64,000 nucleotides of DNA, taken from the NCBI GenBank assembly GCA_963727625.1, contig CAVSHR010000012.1, forward strand, positions 320,001-384,000, written 5' to 3'. The DNA is from an uncultured delta proteobacterium (GTDB taxonomy: Bacteria > Desulfobacterota > Binatia > UBA9968). This document shows, one piece after another, positions 9,233 to 21,469 of this stretch. The notes below the pieces were generated by a model that was not told the origin of the DNA, did no database searches, and saw only the letters and a program-made list of their open reading frames with translations. Made by a program: the position numbers and the translations under genes. Within the stretch, counting starts at the first letter, position 1, and the number at the start of each line of letters is the position of its first letter.

Positions 9233-9943
9233 ATGAAAAAGTCTGTCATCCAGACTTCAGAGCTTCGTAAAATGGGGACTTTCGAGGGGTTCTCTGAAAA
9301 GTGCCTCGATCGCTTAGCCAGCAATATGGAAGAACTGCGTGTGAGTCGGGGCGAAGCGATCTATCGTCCGGGACAACCGGCTAAGTACCTCTATTGTGTG
9401 CTGGAAGGCGTCATTGGTCTCTCACTACTCGGCAGTGAGGATCGCTTTGTGCGCCTGATGTTATCCGGGAGAGGAGACTTTTTTGGAATCGACGCGCTTA
9501 TGCGCAGATGGCGACGGGTGAGCGTGGCCACAGCCATGCAAGATTCACGTGTGGCAAGGATCAAGCCCCGCATTTTTGTCACCGAGGTTTGTGGCGTGCC
9601 TTGGGAGCCTTTTGACGGGTTAATTCACACGCTAATAACACCGGTTTTAAAGGTGTCCTTACAGCGGGCAGTGTTTTTAGTGGAAAATCTACCTGACAGG
9701 TTAGCCCTAGCCCTCTGGGAGTATTCACACGGTTTCGATATTAGACGATCGAAAGAGCTTTTGCCGACTGCCCTCACTCACGACGAACTTGCTGCAATGG
9801 TAGGCGCCTCCAGGCCGCGGGTGTCACTTGCGTTGAAGCAACTACAACGTCAAGGTCTCCTCATCGGAAGTCGGAAGCAAATTCGAATTCAAGAGAAACC
9901 TCTACGTGCTTACCTCGAGGACCGATATGGGTTCGCCTTTTAG
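9233..9943 (+). CDS. Crp/Fnr family transcriptional regulator
   Basis: cNMP-binding fold (IYRPGQPA.YLYCVLEG..GDFFG) plus HTH LTHDELAAMVGASRPRVS. Confidence 0.85.
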   Translation: MKKSVIQTSELRKMGTFEGFSEKCLDRLASNMEELRVSRGEAIYRPGQPAKYLYCVLEGVIGLSLLGSEDRFVRLMLSGRGDFFGIDALMRRWRRVSVATAMQDSRVARIKPRIFVTEVCGVPWEPFDGLIHTLITPVLKVSLQRAVFLVENLPDRLALALWEYSHGFDIRRSKELLPTALTHDELAAMVGASRPRVSLALKQLQRQGLLIGSRKQIRIQEKPLRAYLEDRYGFAF

Positions 9944-10038
9944 GCAAAGTTAGGAATTTCGCGCGTGCGCGGAAATCCGAGATTGGGTTTCGCGCCGCTC
10001 GTCCCAAGAGGATAGGCTCGGAGAAAGTACCTCGTTCA

Positions 10039-10266
10039 AAGACCAAGCTCGTGCCTCAATGCGCCAACGCCGGCGGCGTGATCTGCGCCTCGGTGGAATA
10101 CCATGGCGGCACCCAAGCTCAAGCCTTGCAAACCATCGAAGAAAAGATCCGCGCGAATACCGAAGAGGTGCTCGCCAACGCAAATAAGAGCGGTTCGCTA
10201 CCGCGCCAAGCCGCGGTCGAGTTGGCGGAAACGCGCGTAAGAAAAGCGCTGGCGTACCGAAAGTGA
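10039..10266 (+). pseudogene. Remnant 3' end of the Glu/Leu/Phe/Val dehydrogenase
   Basis: KTKLVPQCAN joined directly to AGGVICAS...ALAYRK*; 75 nt missing relative to the intact gene. Confidence 0.88.
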
Positions 10267-10283
10267 TGCTCCGATCCAATGTT

Positions 10284-10316
10284 TTGAACGACTGGAACGG
10301 TTGAAACGGCTAGAAC
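10284..10316. repeat. Degenerate 9-bp tandem repeats (TTGAACG-type)
   Basis: TTGAACGAC TGGAACGGT TGAAACGGC TAGAAC. Confidence 0.5.
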
Positions 10317-10341
10317 TCAATCTTCGGACATGATGCCGATC

Positions 10342-10593
10342 TCAAGAGCCGCCGGTCTTGGCGGTCAAGTAAGCCACACAGCCGTTGAGCGTGGAGAGCT
10401 TGGCAACATCGGCGTCGGGAATCTCGATATTGAATTCCTTGTGCAGGCCGATGACGAAATTGAGAAAGTCGACGGAATCGATATCGATCTGATCGCGCAG
10501 ATCTTTTGCCGGATCGATCGCATCCAATTCAACCTCCGGCGCCACATGGCTCAGCGCGTCGCGAACCGCCTGTTTGATTTCAACTTCAGTCAT
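10342..10593 (-). CDS. Acyl carrier protein
   Basis: 83 aa, acidic, DLRDQIDIDSVDF phosphopantetheine Ser motif, FNIEIPD. Confidence 0.9.
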   Translation of the reverse strand: MTEVEIKQAVRDALSHVAPEVELDAIDPAKDLRDQIDIDSVDFLNFVIGLHKEFNIEIPDADVAKLSTLNGCVAYLTAKTGGS

Positions 10594-10641
10594 TCGCCTT
10601 GCTCCAAGGCTATTCTCGGCATCCGTTAATTTTCAATTCGT

Positions 10642-11847
10642 TCACAGCTTTTCCGGCTCCTGAAGCAATCGATCGACGGTAATCAAAAAACGCCCGCCGC
10701 GGTGGCCGTCGCTGACGCGATGATCGGCGGAAAGCGTGGCATCGAGAACGGATCGCACGCCGACTATGCCGTTCGCAGCGACGGGCCGTTCCGTGATCTT
10801 ACCGAAGCCCACGAGCGCCACTTGCGGCGGATAAATAACGCCGAAGACGCTTTGGACTCCCTGCTCGCCGAGATTGGTGACGGTCATCGTGCCGTCGGAT
10901 AGCTCCGAGCTGCGCAGATGGCCGGTGCGCGCGCGGTTGACCAGATCGAGCATGCTTTCCATCACTTCATCTAAATTTTTCTTGTCCACATCGTGGATCG
11001 CCGGATTGACCAAGCCGCCTTGGCGCAATGAAATCGCCACGCCGACATGGATGCCGTCGCCCGCTTTAAACGCGTCATCGATCCAGAAGCCGTTGAGCTC
11101 CGGCGTCGTGCGCAATGCCAAAGCCACGGCGCGAATCAACAGCGCCGAATAGAGCAACCGCTTGGTCACCGGCCGCTTGTCGTTCTCCGCGCCGAGCCAG
11201 TCTAAAGCTCGGCGCATGTCGATCGTCGTCGCCAGATAGTAATGGGGAATTTCCCGCTTTGAGCGCGCCATGGCGACGGCGATGACGCGGCGCATGGCCA
11301 CGAGATCCAAACCCCTGGGTGTCAGAGGCGGCGCGGATATCGTCGGCGCTACCTCCGAACTCACGCGCTCTGCCGCCCGTTCGACATCCGCGAGCGAAAT
11401 TGAGCCATCTCCTGCGGTGCCGACCATGCCGGACAAATCAACACCGAGCTCCCGCGCCCGTTTACGCGCCAGCGGCGAAACACGCAGACGAGCAGGCTGT
11501 TCGCCGGGCGGTGCGATGGATATCTTCGACGGCGCCGTATCCTCTTTCACCGGCGCGATCGGCGCCGGTGAAATCGCCGCCGGCCTTGCCGGCTCTGCCT
11601 CGACCCTTTTACCGTCGCCGCTCAACACTGCCAGCGTTGCACCGACCGGAACTTTCTGCCCCGCCTGCACCACGAGGGTTTCAATCACGCCGCTTTCGAA
11701 GATTTCGACTTCGATCACGCCCTTTTCGGTCTCGACCGCCGCCACCACGTCGCCGTGCTTGACGGCGTCGCCCGGCTTGACGCGCCATTCGACGACGGTG
11801 CCGAATTGCATGTCGGCGCCGAGCGAGGGCATGCGAAATTCACTCAT
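10642..11847 (-). CDS. pdhC: 2-oxoacid dehydrogenase E2 (dihydrolipoamide acyltransferase)
   Basis: Lipoyl domain VETEKG, subunit-binding domain SPLARKRA, catalytic DHRVSDG. Confidence 0.93.
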   Translation of the reverse strand: MSEFRMPSLGADMQFGTVVEWRVKPGDAVKHGDVVAAVETEKGVIEVEIFESGVIETLVVQAGQKVPVGATLAVLSGDGKRVEAEPARPAAISPAPIAPVKEDTAPSKISIAPPGEQPARLRVSPLARKRARELGVDLSGMVGTAGDGSISLADVERAAERVSSEVAPTISAPPLTPRGLDLVAMRRVIAVAMARSKREIPHYYLATTIDMRRALDWLGAENDKRPVTKRLLYSALLIRAVALALRTTPELNGFWIDDAFKAGDGIHVGVAISLRQGGLVNPAIHDVDKKNLDEVMESMLDLVNRARTGHLRSSELSDGTMTVTNLGEQGVQSVFGVIYPPQVALVGFGKITERPVAANGIVGVRSVLDATLSADHRVSDGHRGGRFLITVDRLLQEPEKL

Positions 11848-12841
11848 GGCCGGTCACTATCCGCCGCGCCGCGGCGACGATACCCGGCACTTGCGGAATC
11901 GCCGCATCCTCGAGATGCTTGGGATAAGGCATCGGCACTTCCGCGCTGCACAGCCGCGCCACCGGAGCGTCGAGTTCGTAAAAGGCGTTTTCCATAATCT
12001 GCGCCATGATCTCCGCCGAGATACTGCCGGTTTTCCAGCCTTCATCGATGATCATGGCGCGATGCGTGCGGCTCACGGAGTCGACGATAGCCGCCGTATC
12101 CAGCGGTCTGAGCGTGCGCAGGTCGACGACTTCAGCGTCGATGCTCTCGCGCGCCAGATCCTCGGCCGCTTGCAAAGTTTTGAACAGAGTGCCGCCGTAA
12201 GTGATCAGGCTGATGGCCTTTCCCGGCCGGCGGATCGCCGCCTTGGAAATATCCACCGGGCCGGCGTCGGCCGCCAGCTCGCCTTCCATATTGTAGAGCA
12301 GACCATTCTCGAAGATCAGCACCGGATCGGGATCTTCCAATGCGGTCCAAAGCATGCCGCGCGCATCTTCGAGGGTCGCCGGCGTCAAGATTTTGATGCC
12401 GGGAATATGCGCGTACCAGCCTTCCAAGCTATGCGAGTGCTGCGCGGCTAATTGACGCCCCGCGCCGGTGGTCGTGCGAATGACTAGCGGAATATTGAAC
12501 TGCCCGCCGGACATATGCAGGATCGTCGCCGCGTTGTTGACGATCTGATCTAGGGCCAACAGACTGAAGTTCACCGTCATGATTTCCACGATCGGTCGCG
12601 CGCCGCCCATCGCCGCGCCGATACCGGCGCCGACGAAGGCCGACTCGGAGAGCGGCGTGTCGCGAATCCGCTCCGGGCCGAACTCGTCGAGCAATCCCTT
12701 GGTCACCGCGAAGCAGCCGCCGTAGCGGCCGACATCTTCGCCCATCAGAAACACCCGCTCATCGCGGAGAAGCGCGTCGCGGATCGCCGCGCGCATGGCT
12801 TCGCGATAGGTGGTCTTGATTTTCTCTGCGCTCCTATTCAT
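11840..12841 (-). CDS. pdhB: Pyruvate/2-oxoacid dehydrogenase E1 beta
   Basis: [24 protein letters not shown]. Confidence 0.94.
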   Translation of the reverse strand: MNRSAEKIKTTYREAMRAAIRDALLRDERVFLMGEDVGRYGGCFAVTKGLLDEFGPERIRDTPLSESAFVGAGIGAAMGGARPIVEIMTVNFSLLALDQIVNNAATILHMSGGQFNIPLVIRTTTGAGRQLAAQHSHSLEGWYAHIPGIKILTPATLEDARGMLWTALEDPDPVLIFENGLLYNMEGELAADAGPVDISKAAIRRPGKAISLITYGGTLFKTLQAAEDLARESIDAEVVDLRTLRPLDTAAIVDSVSRTHRAMIIDEGWKTGSISAEIMAQIMENAFYELDAPVARLCSAEVPMPYPKHLEDAAIPQVPGIVAAARRIVTGHE

Positions 12842-12857
12842 TGAAGTCTCTCTCTTT

Positions 12858-12916
12858 GTTCAAGGTTCAAAGTTCAAGATGTCGGGCGGGGGCTTTGAAC
12901 GTTGAACTTTTGAACG
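12858..12916. repeat. Inverted heptamer repeat hairpin between pdhA and pdhB
   Basis: GTTCAAG GTTCAAA GTTCAAG ... TTTGAAC GTTGAAC TTTTGAAC. Confidence 0.65.
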
Positions 12917-12926
12917 ATGCACCACC

Positions 12927-13936
12927 CTATGAGGGATGATCCTGGTGCGCCTCCGAGTAAACAAACCGCGTCAGTTCCTCCACCGGCTCCCACTGGCCGG
13001 CCTCGGCGAACTCGACGGATTTTTCGATTTCATCGGTCACTTCCGCTTCCAACTGCGTCCAGTCTTCATCCCGCCAGAATTTCTGTTGCTTCAATCGCTC
13101 GATGAAATTTGCAATCGGGTCGCGCTTCTTCCACTCTTCGACTTCTTGTTTGTCGCGGTAGAGCTCGGGGTCGTACATCGAATGGGCGCGAAAGCGGTAA
13201 GTGCGGTACTCGATAAAATGCGGCCCGCCGCCCCCGCGCACAGCCGACGCGGCGCGTTTGCTGGCATCTTCGACCGCTAGAACATCCATGCCATCCACCG
13301 GCCAAGCGGGAATCTCGAACGCCGCGGCTTTGAGACAGATGTCAGTTTCCGATTCGGAACGAGACAACGCCGTGCCCATGGCGTAAAGATTGTTCTCGCA
13401 GCAAAACAGCACGGGCAGTTTCCATAGCGCGGCGAGATTCAACGACTCATGAAACTCGCCTTCGGCCACCGCGCCTTCACCGAAAAAACAGGCCGTGAGC
13501 TGTCGCCGTCCGGCGAGCTTGTCGGCGAGAGCAAGACCCACCGCCAGCGGCAGCCCGCCGCCGACAATGGCATTGCCGCCGTAGAAACCTGTGGCGGCAT
13601 CGAAGAGATGCATGGAGCCGCCGCGGCCGCGACTGCAACCTTCGACTTTGCCGTACATCTCCGCCATGATCGCGTTGGCCGACACGCCGCGCGCCAGCGC
13701 GTGGCCATGCTCACGGTAAGTCGCCACGATGGCGTCTTCGGGCTGCAGAGCTTGCATGGTGCCCACGGCTACCGCTTCTTCGCCGATGTAAAGATGGACG
13801 AAGCCGCGGATCTTGCTCGCGGCGTAGAGCTCCACGCATTTTTCCTCCAGACGGCGAATGCGCAGCATCTCTTGGAGCAGGTGCAGGGCATGCTCGCGCT
13901 CGATGGGTGGCTGTTTTCGTTTATTTCTTTGTGCCA

Positions 13937-13937
<1 letters not shown>
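12927..13937 (-). CDS. pdhA: Pyruvate dehydrogenase E1 alpha
   Basis: [32 protein letters not shown] motif, TYRFRAHSM. Confidence 0.94.
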
Positions 13938-15697
<1,760 letters not shown>

Positions 15698-15723
15698 CAG
15701 TTTCTCCGCTTATCGGTAGCTCT

Positions 15724-15873
15724 TTAGGACGCGGGCGCGATCAAAGTCTCGGTTTCCCGTTGCGCGCGGCGAATCAAACCGTTGGCGCTTTCGATGAGTT
15801 GCGCTGGGGTCAGCGTCTTCTTCACCGCTCCCTGTTCAATTGTTTTCAACCTCACCATCGCCGATTTGTTCAT
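15724..15873 (-). CDS. Small hypothetical protein (49 aa) heading the acsA operon
   Basis: AAGGAG RBS, ATG 30 bp downstream of a sigma54 promoter. Confidence 0.45.
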   Translation of the reverse strand: MNKSAMVRLKTIEQGAVKKTLTPAQLIESANGLIRRAQRETETLIAPAS

Positions 15874-15902
15874 TGCCCGCTCCTTCTCAGCCCCTGACTT
15901 CC

Positions 15903-15917
15903 GCAAGAAATGCGCCA
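15903..15917 (-). promoter_or_regulatory. sigma54 promoter for acsA-pdh-ACP
   Basis: TGGCGC-ATTTC-TTGC. Confidence 0.82.
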
Positions 15918-15956
15918 ATAGCCGACATGAACAAAGGGTCGGTTTCACCGTCAATT

Positions 15957-16003
15957 TTTTCAAAGCTGCGAAGAGACTCCCGAGTTTTTATCAAGCTTGA
16001 AGA
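15957..16003. promoter_or_regulatory. Paired palindromic activator boxes
   Basis: TTTTCA-AAGC-TGCGAA (15957) and TTATCA-AGCT-TGAAGA (15988), 31 bp apart. Confidence 0.7.
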
Positions 16004-16073
16004 ACCTGCTTCGCGAGGTCGCGATAAACCTGCGCACTTTCGGTGTTACCCAAGCCGTTGCTCCGCGGCGCCG

Positions 16074-16088
16074 CGGCATTGAAATTGC
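16074..16088 (+). promoter_or_regulatory. sigma54 promoter for DUF2267-dnaJ-mla
   Basis: CGGCAT-TGAAA-TTGC. Confidence 0.78.
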
Positions 16089-16147
16089 TCAGTTCAGATG
16101 GTTAAGGGAGCCCATCGAAAACGAATCGGCTGCGAGGAGGAATCGCC

Positions 16148-16630
16148 ATGAAAACCGGTCCGGCTTATCGTTACAAGCTAGTGGGTAGCGCGCCGCGGCG
16201 AAAAACCAGCCACGACCTCTTTGACGGCACGCTGCAAAAAACTCAAATCTGGTTGAATGATCTGACGTTCGAGCTGGGATGGGAGGGCAAGCCGGAAAAA
16301 ACTTATTTTGCCCTGCGTACGGTCCTGCATGCGCTCCGGGACCGCCTGACGATCGAGGAAGCCGTGCAATTAGGCGCGCAGTTGCCGATGCTCATCCGCG
16401 GCTTTTACTACGAAGGCTGGACCCTTAAGGGAAAGCCGCACAAAGAACGGCACAAAGAAGCTTTCCTCGCGCACATCAAGGATGCATTCAAGAACGATGT
16501 GACCGTGAGGCCGGAAAGCATCGTGCGGGCAGTCTTTAAAATTCTGGCGCGCCACACCAGCAAAGGCGAGATCGACGACGTCAAGAAGATTCTTCCCAAG
16601 GCGTTGCATGGGCTCTGGCCGGAAAAATGA
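16148..16630 (+). CDS. DUF2267 family protein
   Basis: ALRTVLHALRDRL..EAVQLGAQLPMLIRGFYYEGW; RBS GAGGAGG. Confidence 0.88.
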   Translation: MKTGPAYRYKLVGSAPRRKTSHDLFDGTLQKTQIWLNDLTFELGWEGKPEKTYFALRTVLHALRDRLTIEEAVQLGAQLPMLIRGFYYEGWTLKGKPHKERHKEAFLAHIKDAFKNDVTVRPESIVRAVFKILARHTSKGEIDDVKKILPKALHGLWPEK

Positions 16631-16722
16631 TCTGGCGCAAGCTATCCCCGATTCGGTCAAGCTCGCTTAGCTGGCGGAGAGTATCATGCGTGGCGCGACG
16701 ACTTGCCTAAGGGAGTGCGGCA

Positions 16723-17838
16723 TTGGCGCTAGAGCAACACAAGCGCGATTACTACGAAGCCCTCGGTGTCGACCGTACCGCCACTCGGGAGCAGATCAAG
16801 CAAGCCTACCGCCAGCTCGCGCTGAAATGGCACCCTGATCGCAACCCGGCGCCCGAAGCGACCGACAGATTCAAAGAGGTCGCGGAAGCTTACGCGGTGC
16901 TTTCCGATCCCACCAAGCGCGCCCAGTACGACAAAACCGGCCACGCCGGCGTGAGCGAGCGCTGGTCGACCGAAGATCTTTTCCGCGACTTTGAATTCGG
17001 TGACTTTTTTGGCGGCCGTTTCGCCGACCTGGGCGGTATTTTCGGCGATCTGTTCGGCGGACGTTCGCGCCGAGGCCCGATCAAGCCGCAGGGCGCCAAC
17101 CTGCATTACGATCTCAAGCTGACCCTTGACGGCGCTGCGACAGGGGGCGAGCGTGTGATCTCGATTACCAGATCCGATCGTTGTAAAACCTGCGGCGGCA
17201 ACGGCGCCAAGCCGGGCACGCAACCGGTCACCTGCCCCGAGTGTCAGGGCAGCGGCCAGAAGCAGCAAACACGGTCCGAGAAAGGCATGAAACTGGTATC
17301 CATTACCGGCTGTACCCGCTGTCTCGGCCGAGGGACATTGATCGAGTCGCCATGTCTCACCTGCCACGGCAGCGGTTATGAATCGGTGCCGCACCAGATC
17401 AAGGTACAAATCCCGCCGGGTATCGACGATGGCATGATGCTTCGCTTGGCCGGCCAAGGCGAAGCCGCGCCGCCGGGAGGATTAGCAGGCGATCTGCTTG
17501 TACGCATCCAGATCGAACCGCATCCGCTTCTCAAGCGCGAGGGCGAGGATCTCTACACCGGGACGGCGCTCGACTTCGCGAGCGCTGCGCTTGGCACCAA
17601 GGTCGATATTCCTTGTCTGGACCGAGAAACGGTAAAAGTCACGATTCCTCCGGGCATCCAAAGCGGCACGGCATTAAGACTCCGGGGCAAAGGCATGCCG
17701 CGCCTGCATGGCAGAGGCAAAGGAGATCTATACATCGTGGTCGAGGTCCGGACGCCCACTAACTTGAGCCCGCGTCAGCGCGAGCTGCTTAAAGAATTCA
17801 AATTGGAGGCCGTGAAAAGATCAGCGGCGCACACATGA
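16723..17838 (+). CDS. dnaJ: Chaperone DnaJ
   Basis: J domain HPD, G/F region, four CxxCxGxG repeats. Confidence 0.95.
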   Translation: MALEQHKRDYYEALGVDRTATREQIKQAYRQLALKWHPDRNPAPEATDRFKEVAEAYAVLSDPTKRAQYDKTGHAGVSERWSTEDLFRDFEFGDFFGGRFADLGGIFGDLFGGRSRRGPIKPQGANLHYDLKLTLDGAATGGERVISITRSDRCKTCGGNGAKPGTQPVTCPECQGSGQKQQTRSEKGMKLVSITGCTRCLGRGTLIESPCLTCHGSGYESVPHQIKVQIPPGIDDGMMLRLAGQGEAAPPGGLAGDLLVRIQIEPHPLLKREGEDLYTGTALDFASAALGTKVDIPCLDRETVKVTIPPGIQSGTALRLRGKGMPRLHGRGKGDLYIVVEVRTPTNLSPRQRELLKEFKLEAVKRSAAHT

Positions 17839-17890
17839 CACGCCTTTGGTCGCACTGTGATCGAAGCTAATCGGCGTAGAAATCGCCGAG

Positions 17891-18583
17891 ATGGGATTTG
17901 ATTTGAACTCCCTAAGATATTTTCTCGCGTTGCTTTTGGTGGTCACTCTGCCGCCACTGTTTTTTTACTGGCTGCTGCTCCACCCCTTTGTAAGGTTCTG
18001 GCGCAGCCGGGGGATCGGCGTGACCTACGGCAGCCTGCTAACGATCATCGCCGCCGGCATGGTCGGTCTATTTTCCATGCGCCATTTTTTGCTCCGCATC
18101 GACTACGGAACGAGCTATCTCCTGCTCGCCCTGGGGGCCCTCTGTTTAACGCTAGCGGCCATCATGCGTTTGGCGATCCAGAGGAAGCTTACCATCAAAG
18201 TCTTGTTGGGCCTGCCGGAAATCGCCCCGGACCGATTTCCCCGCAGGCTGATCACCGACGGCATTTACGCGCGCATGCGCCACCCTCGTTATGTGCAGTT
18301 TCTCATGGCGCTGAGCGGCTACGCTCTGATCGCCAATTATCTCGCCGGCTATTTAGTCATCGCCCTGTGGGTGCCGGGAATCTACCTGATCGCGCTGATC
18401 GAGGAAAAGGAACTGCGCGATCACTTCGGCGACATTTATCAGGCCTACTGCCGTAACATGCCGCGCTTTTTGCCCAAGTTACGAGGCGACTCTGATTCGG
18501 CATCAAAATTGAAAAATGCCGCGCATGGCGATGGCGCCCAGCGGCGGCGACGACCGACACGGCATAAACATGAATCGACCTGA
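17891..18583 (+). CDS. Isoprenylcysteine carboxyl methyltransferase/PEMT-like membrane protein
   Basis: Multi-TM; LITDGIYARMRHPRY..EEKEL..FGDIY..Y...PRF. Confidence 0.8.
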   Translation: MGFDLNSLRYFLALLLVVTLPPLFFYWLLLHPFVRFWRSRGIGVTYGSLLTIIAAGMVGLFSMRHFLLRIDYGTSYLLLALGALCLTLAAIMRLAIQRKLTIKVLLGLPEIAPDRFPRRLITDGIYARMRHPRYVQFLMALSGYALIANYLAGYLVIALWVPGIYLIALIEEKELRDHFGDIYQAYCRNMPRFLPKLRGDSDSASKLKNAAHGDGAQRRRRPTRHKHEST

Positions 18584-19718
18584 GAACCCGCAAGCGCAGA
18601 TAAAACATCAACCGGCTTGGATTTCCTTTGCCGCCGACGGCACACTTTGCTGTGGCGGCGTTTGGACGCTAGCGCACGCGGCGGAGCTGGAAGCTCAAAT
18701 CCTGTCTCTAGCGAAGACATCTGGCGGACGCATCAGCTGCGATGTCGGAGCCATCGAAGCCATGGACACCGGCGGAGCGTGGCTGCTGCAGCGAACCTTG
18801 AACCAGTTAGAGCAGAGCGGTTGCAGCATCTCATTGAACGGGCTCTCCGCCGATTTTGCCACACTGATGCGAACCGTGGCGCGGGGCTGGTCGCAAACCG
18901 ACCAGATCCAACCCTTGCCCCATTTCGGTCGGTTCAATCGCATGGGCCGATTTGTCTGGGCTTCCGGGGCAAATTTTTTCCAGGCCCTTGCCTTTATCGG
19001 TGAGACCGCGTCCGCTTCCTGCTCCCTGCTCGCCCATGCCAATCGGATGCGTTGGCGCGTTTTGCTTTACAATCTCCAGGTTGACGGTCTTAACGCCTTG
19101 CCCATCATCGGTCTGCTGTCATTTCTGATGGGCATCGTCATCGCCTATCAAGGCTCCGAGCAGCTCAAAACCTTCGGCGCCAATATTTTCATCGTCGACT
19201 TGGTCGGCATCTCGCTCCTGCGCGAGATCGCGCCGCTCCTGACGGCGATCCTCGTCGCCGGCCGCTCCGGGTCAGCCTACACCGCGCAGATCGGCACGAT
19301 GACGGTCACCGAAGAGTTGGATGCCTTGCGCTCGTTGGGCATATCTCCCATGAGCTTGTTGGTAATACCGAGGGCACTCGCCTTGGTCATCGCCCTGCCG
19401 TTGCTCACCGTCTTTGCCGATGCAGTCGGGGTATTCGGCGGCATGTTGGTCGCGTTAAGCCAGCTCGGCGTGACCTTTACGGAGTTTCTCAACCGCTTCG
19501 AATACGCGATCGTGTTGCGCCATTACCTGATCGGGATCGGCAAGACGCCGGTCTTTGCCGCCATTATCGCGCTGGTGGGCTGTTATCAGGGCTTTCAGGT
19601 GTCGGGCGGCGTCGACAGCGTCGGCCGCCACACCACCATCAGTGTCGTTCAAGCGATCTTTTTAGTCATCGTCACCGATGCCTTCTTTTCGATTCTTTTC
19701 AGCTGGTGGGGCATATGA
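18570..19718 (+). CDS. MlaE-family ABC permease with N-terminal STAS domain
   Basis: MDTGGAW (STAS); REIAPLLTAILVAGRSGSA..IGTM..EE.DAL. Confidence 0.92.
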   Translation: MNRPENPQAQIKHQPAWISFAADGTLCCGGVWTLAHAAELEAQILSLAKTSGGRISCDVGAIEAMDTGGAWLLQRTLNQLEQSGCSISLNGLSADFATLMRTVARGWSQTDQIQPLPHFGRFNRMGRFVWASGANFFQALAFIGETASASCSLLAHANRMRWRVLLYNLQVDGLNALPIIGLLSFLMGIVIAYQGSEQLKTFGANIFIVDLVGISLLREIAPLLTAILVAGRSGSAYTAQIGTMTVTEELDALRSLGISPMSLLVIPRALALVIALPLLTVFADAVGVFGGMLVALSQLGVTFTEFLNRFEYAIVLRHYLIGIGKTPVFAAIIALVGCYQGFQVSGGVDSVGRHTTISVVQAIFLVIVTDAFFSILFSWWGI

Positions 19719-20518
19719 ATGCGCCGCGCAATTCCATCGAGCCGCGCCACCCGGTGATCCAAGTGCGGCATATCCACACACGCTTCGGCGCCGCCGTCGT
19801 GCATGAGGACGTCAGCCTGACCATCAACAAGGGCGAAGTGTTCGCTATCGCCGGCGGCAACGGCAGCGGGAAATCGGTCTTGATGCGGGAAATGATCCTT
19901 CTGCAAAAACCAACGGCCGGCGACATTCAAATCTTCGACCAAAATGTCCGAACGATGAGTGAAGCCGACGTGGCGGCGTTGCGCCGGCGTTGCGGCGTGC
20001 TGTTCCAACATGGCGCGTTGTTCAGCTCGCAGACCGTGAAGGAAAACGTCGCTGTTCCCTTGCGTGAGCATACGGCCATCAGCAAACGATTAATCGAAGA
20101 GCTGGCCCTGCTAAAGATCGCCAGCACCGGCTTTCCGATGGCGAGCGTGACCAAGTATCCCAATGAACTGAGCGGCGGTATGCGCCGGCGCGCCGGCCTG
20201 GCGCGCGCCATGGCGTTGGATCCTGAACTGCTGTTTCTCGATGAGCCCACCTCGGGGCTCGACCCGATCAGTGCCGCCGGTTTCGACGAGCTGATCCAGC
20301 AACTGCGCGAATGGTTTCGGCTCACCATCGTCATCATCACCCATGATTTGGATTCGCTCTGGCGCATTGCCGATCGGGTTGCGGTGTTAGGCAATGGCAA
20401 GGTCCTTGGAATCGGCAGCATGAGCGAACTTTCCCAATCAAAGGATCCTCTGATTCACGAATATTTCTACGGGCCGCGCGGCCGCGCCGCCAGGGAGCAA
20501 GCATGGAACCGAAGGTAA
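19715..20518 (+). CDS. MlaF-family ABC ATPase
   Basis: GGNGSGKS, LSGGM, LFLDEPTSGLDP; ATGA overlap. Confidence 0.93.
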   Translation: MNAPRNSIEPRHPVIQVRHIHTRFGAAVVHEDVSLTINKGEVFAIAGGNGSGKSVLMREMILLQKPTAGDIQIFDQNVRTMSEADVAALRRRCGVLFQHGALFSSQTVKENVAVPLREHTAISKRLIEELALLKIASTGFPMASVTKYPNELSGGMRRRAGLARAMALDPELLFLDEPTSGLDPISAAGFDELIQQLREWFRLTIVIITHDLDSLWRIADRVAVLGNGKVLGIGSMSELSQSKDPLIHEYFYGPRGRAAREQAWNRR

Positions 20519-21465
20519 ACTACACGCTGGTCGGTCTTTTCATCGCGCTCTTGGGCGCCGCAGCGCTCGCCGGAGTTCTGTGGCTGAGCCGAACGGATTA
20601 TCGCGGCGTCTACGACCGCTACTACACCTTCATGGATGAATCGGTCGCGGGTTTGAGCACCGACTCGTCAGTCAAATACCACGGCGTCGATGTCGGCCGG
20701 GTCAAGGAGATTGCCTTGAACCCGGACAATCCCGAGCAGGTGCGCCTTGCCCTCGATCTGCGGCGAGGTACTCCGATTAAAGAGGATACCGTGGCGGTGC
20801 TGCAAACCCAGGGGCTGACGGGCATAGCAACCGTGAATCTACGGGGCGGCAGCCGTGTTTCAGCGCCTTTGAGGGCCCGACCCGGCGAAACTTATCCAGT
20901 GATTAAAAGCCGACGGTCATTTTACGCCCAGCTCGACAATACACTGTCGCGGCTGATGACCAATGAGCAGATTCCGGCGCTTCTGGCCAATCTTAATAGC
21001 CTGGCCCAGGAAGCGCGCGGCCTGGTCGATGCCCAAAGCCGGGTGGATTTAAAGCGAATTCTTGCCGACCTGGCTCAGGTAACCCATACCTTGGCGGCGC
21101 ACCGGGCCGAGCTCGCTGACAGTCTCGCCCAATCCGACGCTGCCTTCGAGCGCTTCGCCGCCATGGGCAAAAAACTCGATGAGCGGATGCCGCAATTGTT
21201 ACAGCAAACTTCCGCAAACCTGCTCGCCATGCAAAACATGACGGATGCAGTCGCGCGCACCAGCTCGGCAGTGGGTTCGATGGTAGACGGCAGCCGCGCC
21301 GATATCACCCAGTTTACCGGCCAGACGTTAGCCGAGACGGGGCTTTTGGTCGCGGAGCTGCGGCAGTTGACCGCAACGTTGCAGCGACTGGCGAGCGGTC
21401 TGGAGCGCCAACCGAACGCGCTGATTTTCGGCCGCGGCCCCCCGGCACGGGGTCCAGGGGAATGA
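20503..21465 (+). CDS. MlaD/MCE family protein
   Basis: VGLF TM, SVAGL..SSVKYHGVDVGRV, QGLTG, helical tail. Confidence 0.92.
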   Translation: MEPKVNYTLVGLFIALLGAAALAGVLWLSRTDYRGVYDRYYTFMDESVAGLSTDSSVKYHGVDVGRVKEIALNPDNPEQVRLALDLRRGTPIKEDTVAVLQTQGLTGIATVNLRGGSRVSAPLRARPGETYPVIKSRRSFYAQLDNTLSRLMTNEQIPALLANLNSLAQEARGLVDAQSRVDLKRILADLAQVTHTLAAHRAELADSLAQSDAAFERFAAMGKKLDERMPQLLQQTSANLLAMQNMTDAVARTSSAVGSMVDGSRADITQFTGQTLAETGLLVAELRQLTATLQRLASGLERQPNALIFGRGPPARGPGE

Positions 21466-21469
21466 CATC

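Noticed and set aside
9233-9943. Crp/Fnr protein as the regulator of the 16-bp boxes
   Set aside because: It lies in a later-inserted islet, lacks the usual recognition-helix Glu, and Crp proteins do not activate sigma54 promoters. Not formally excluded, since the 6-4-6 box shape resembles Fnr sites.
10284-12916. Short repeats as a possible CRISPR array
   Set aside because: Units are 7-9 bp with no unique spacers, and no cas genes are present.
16691-16706. TGGCGC...TTGC upstream of dnaJ as a sigma54 promoter
   Set aside because: GG-to-GC spacing is 11 rather than the required 10. The same test rejected candidates near 9040, 23966, 38693, 42179 and 63165.
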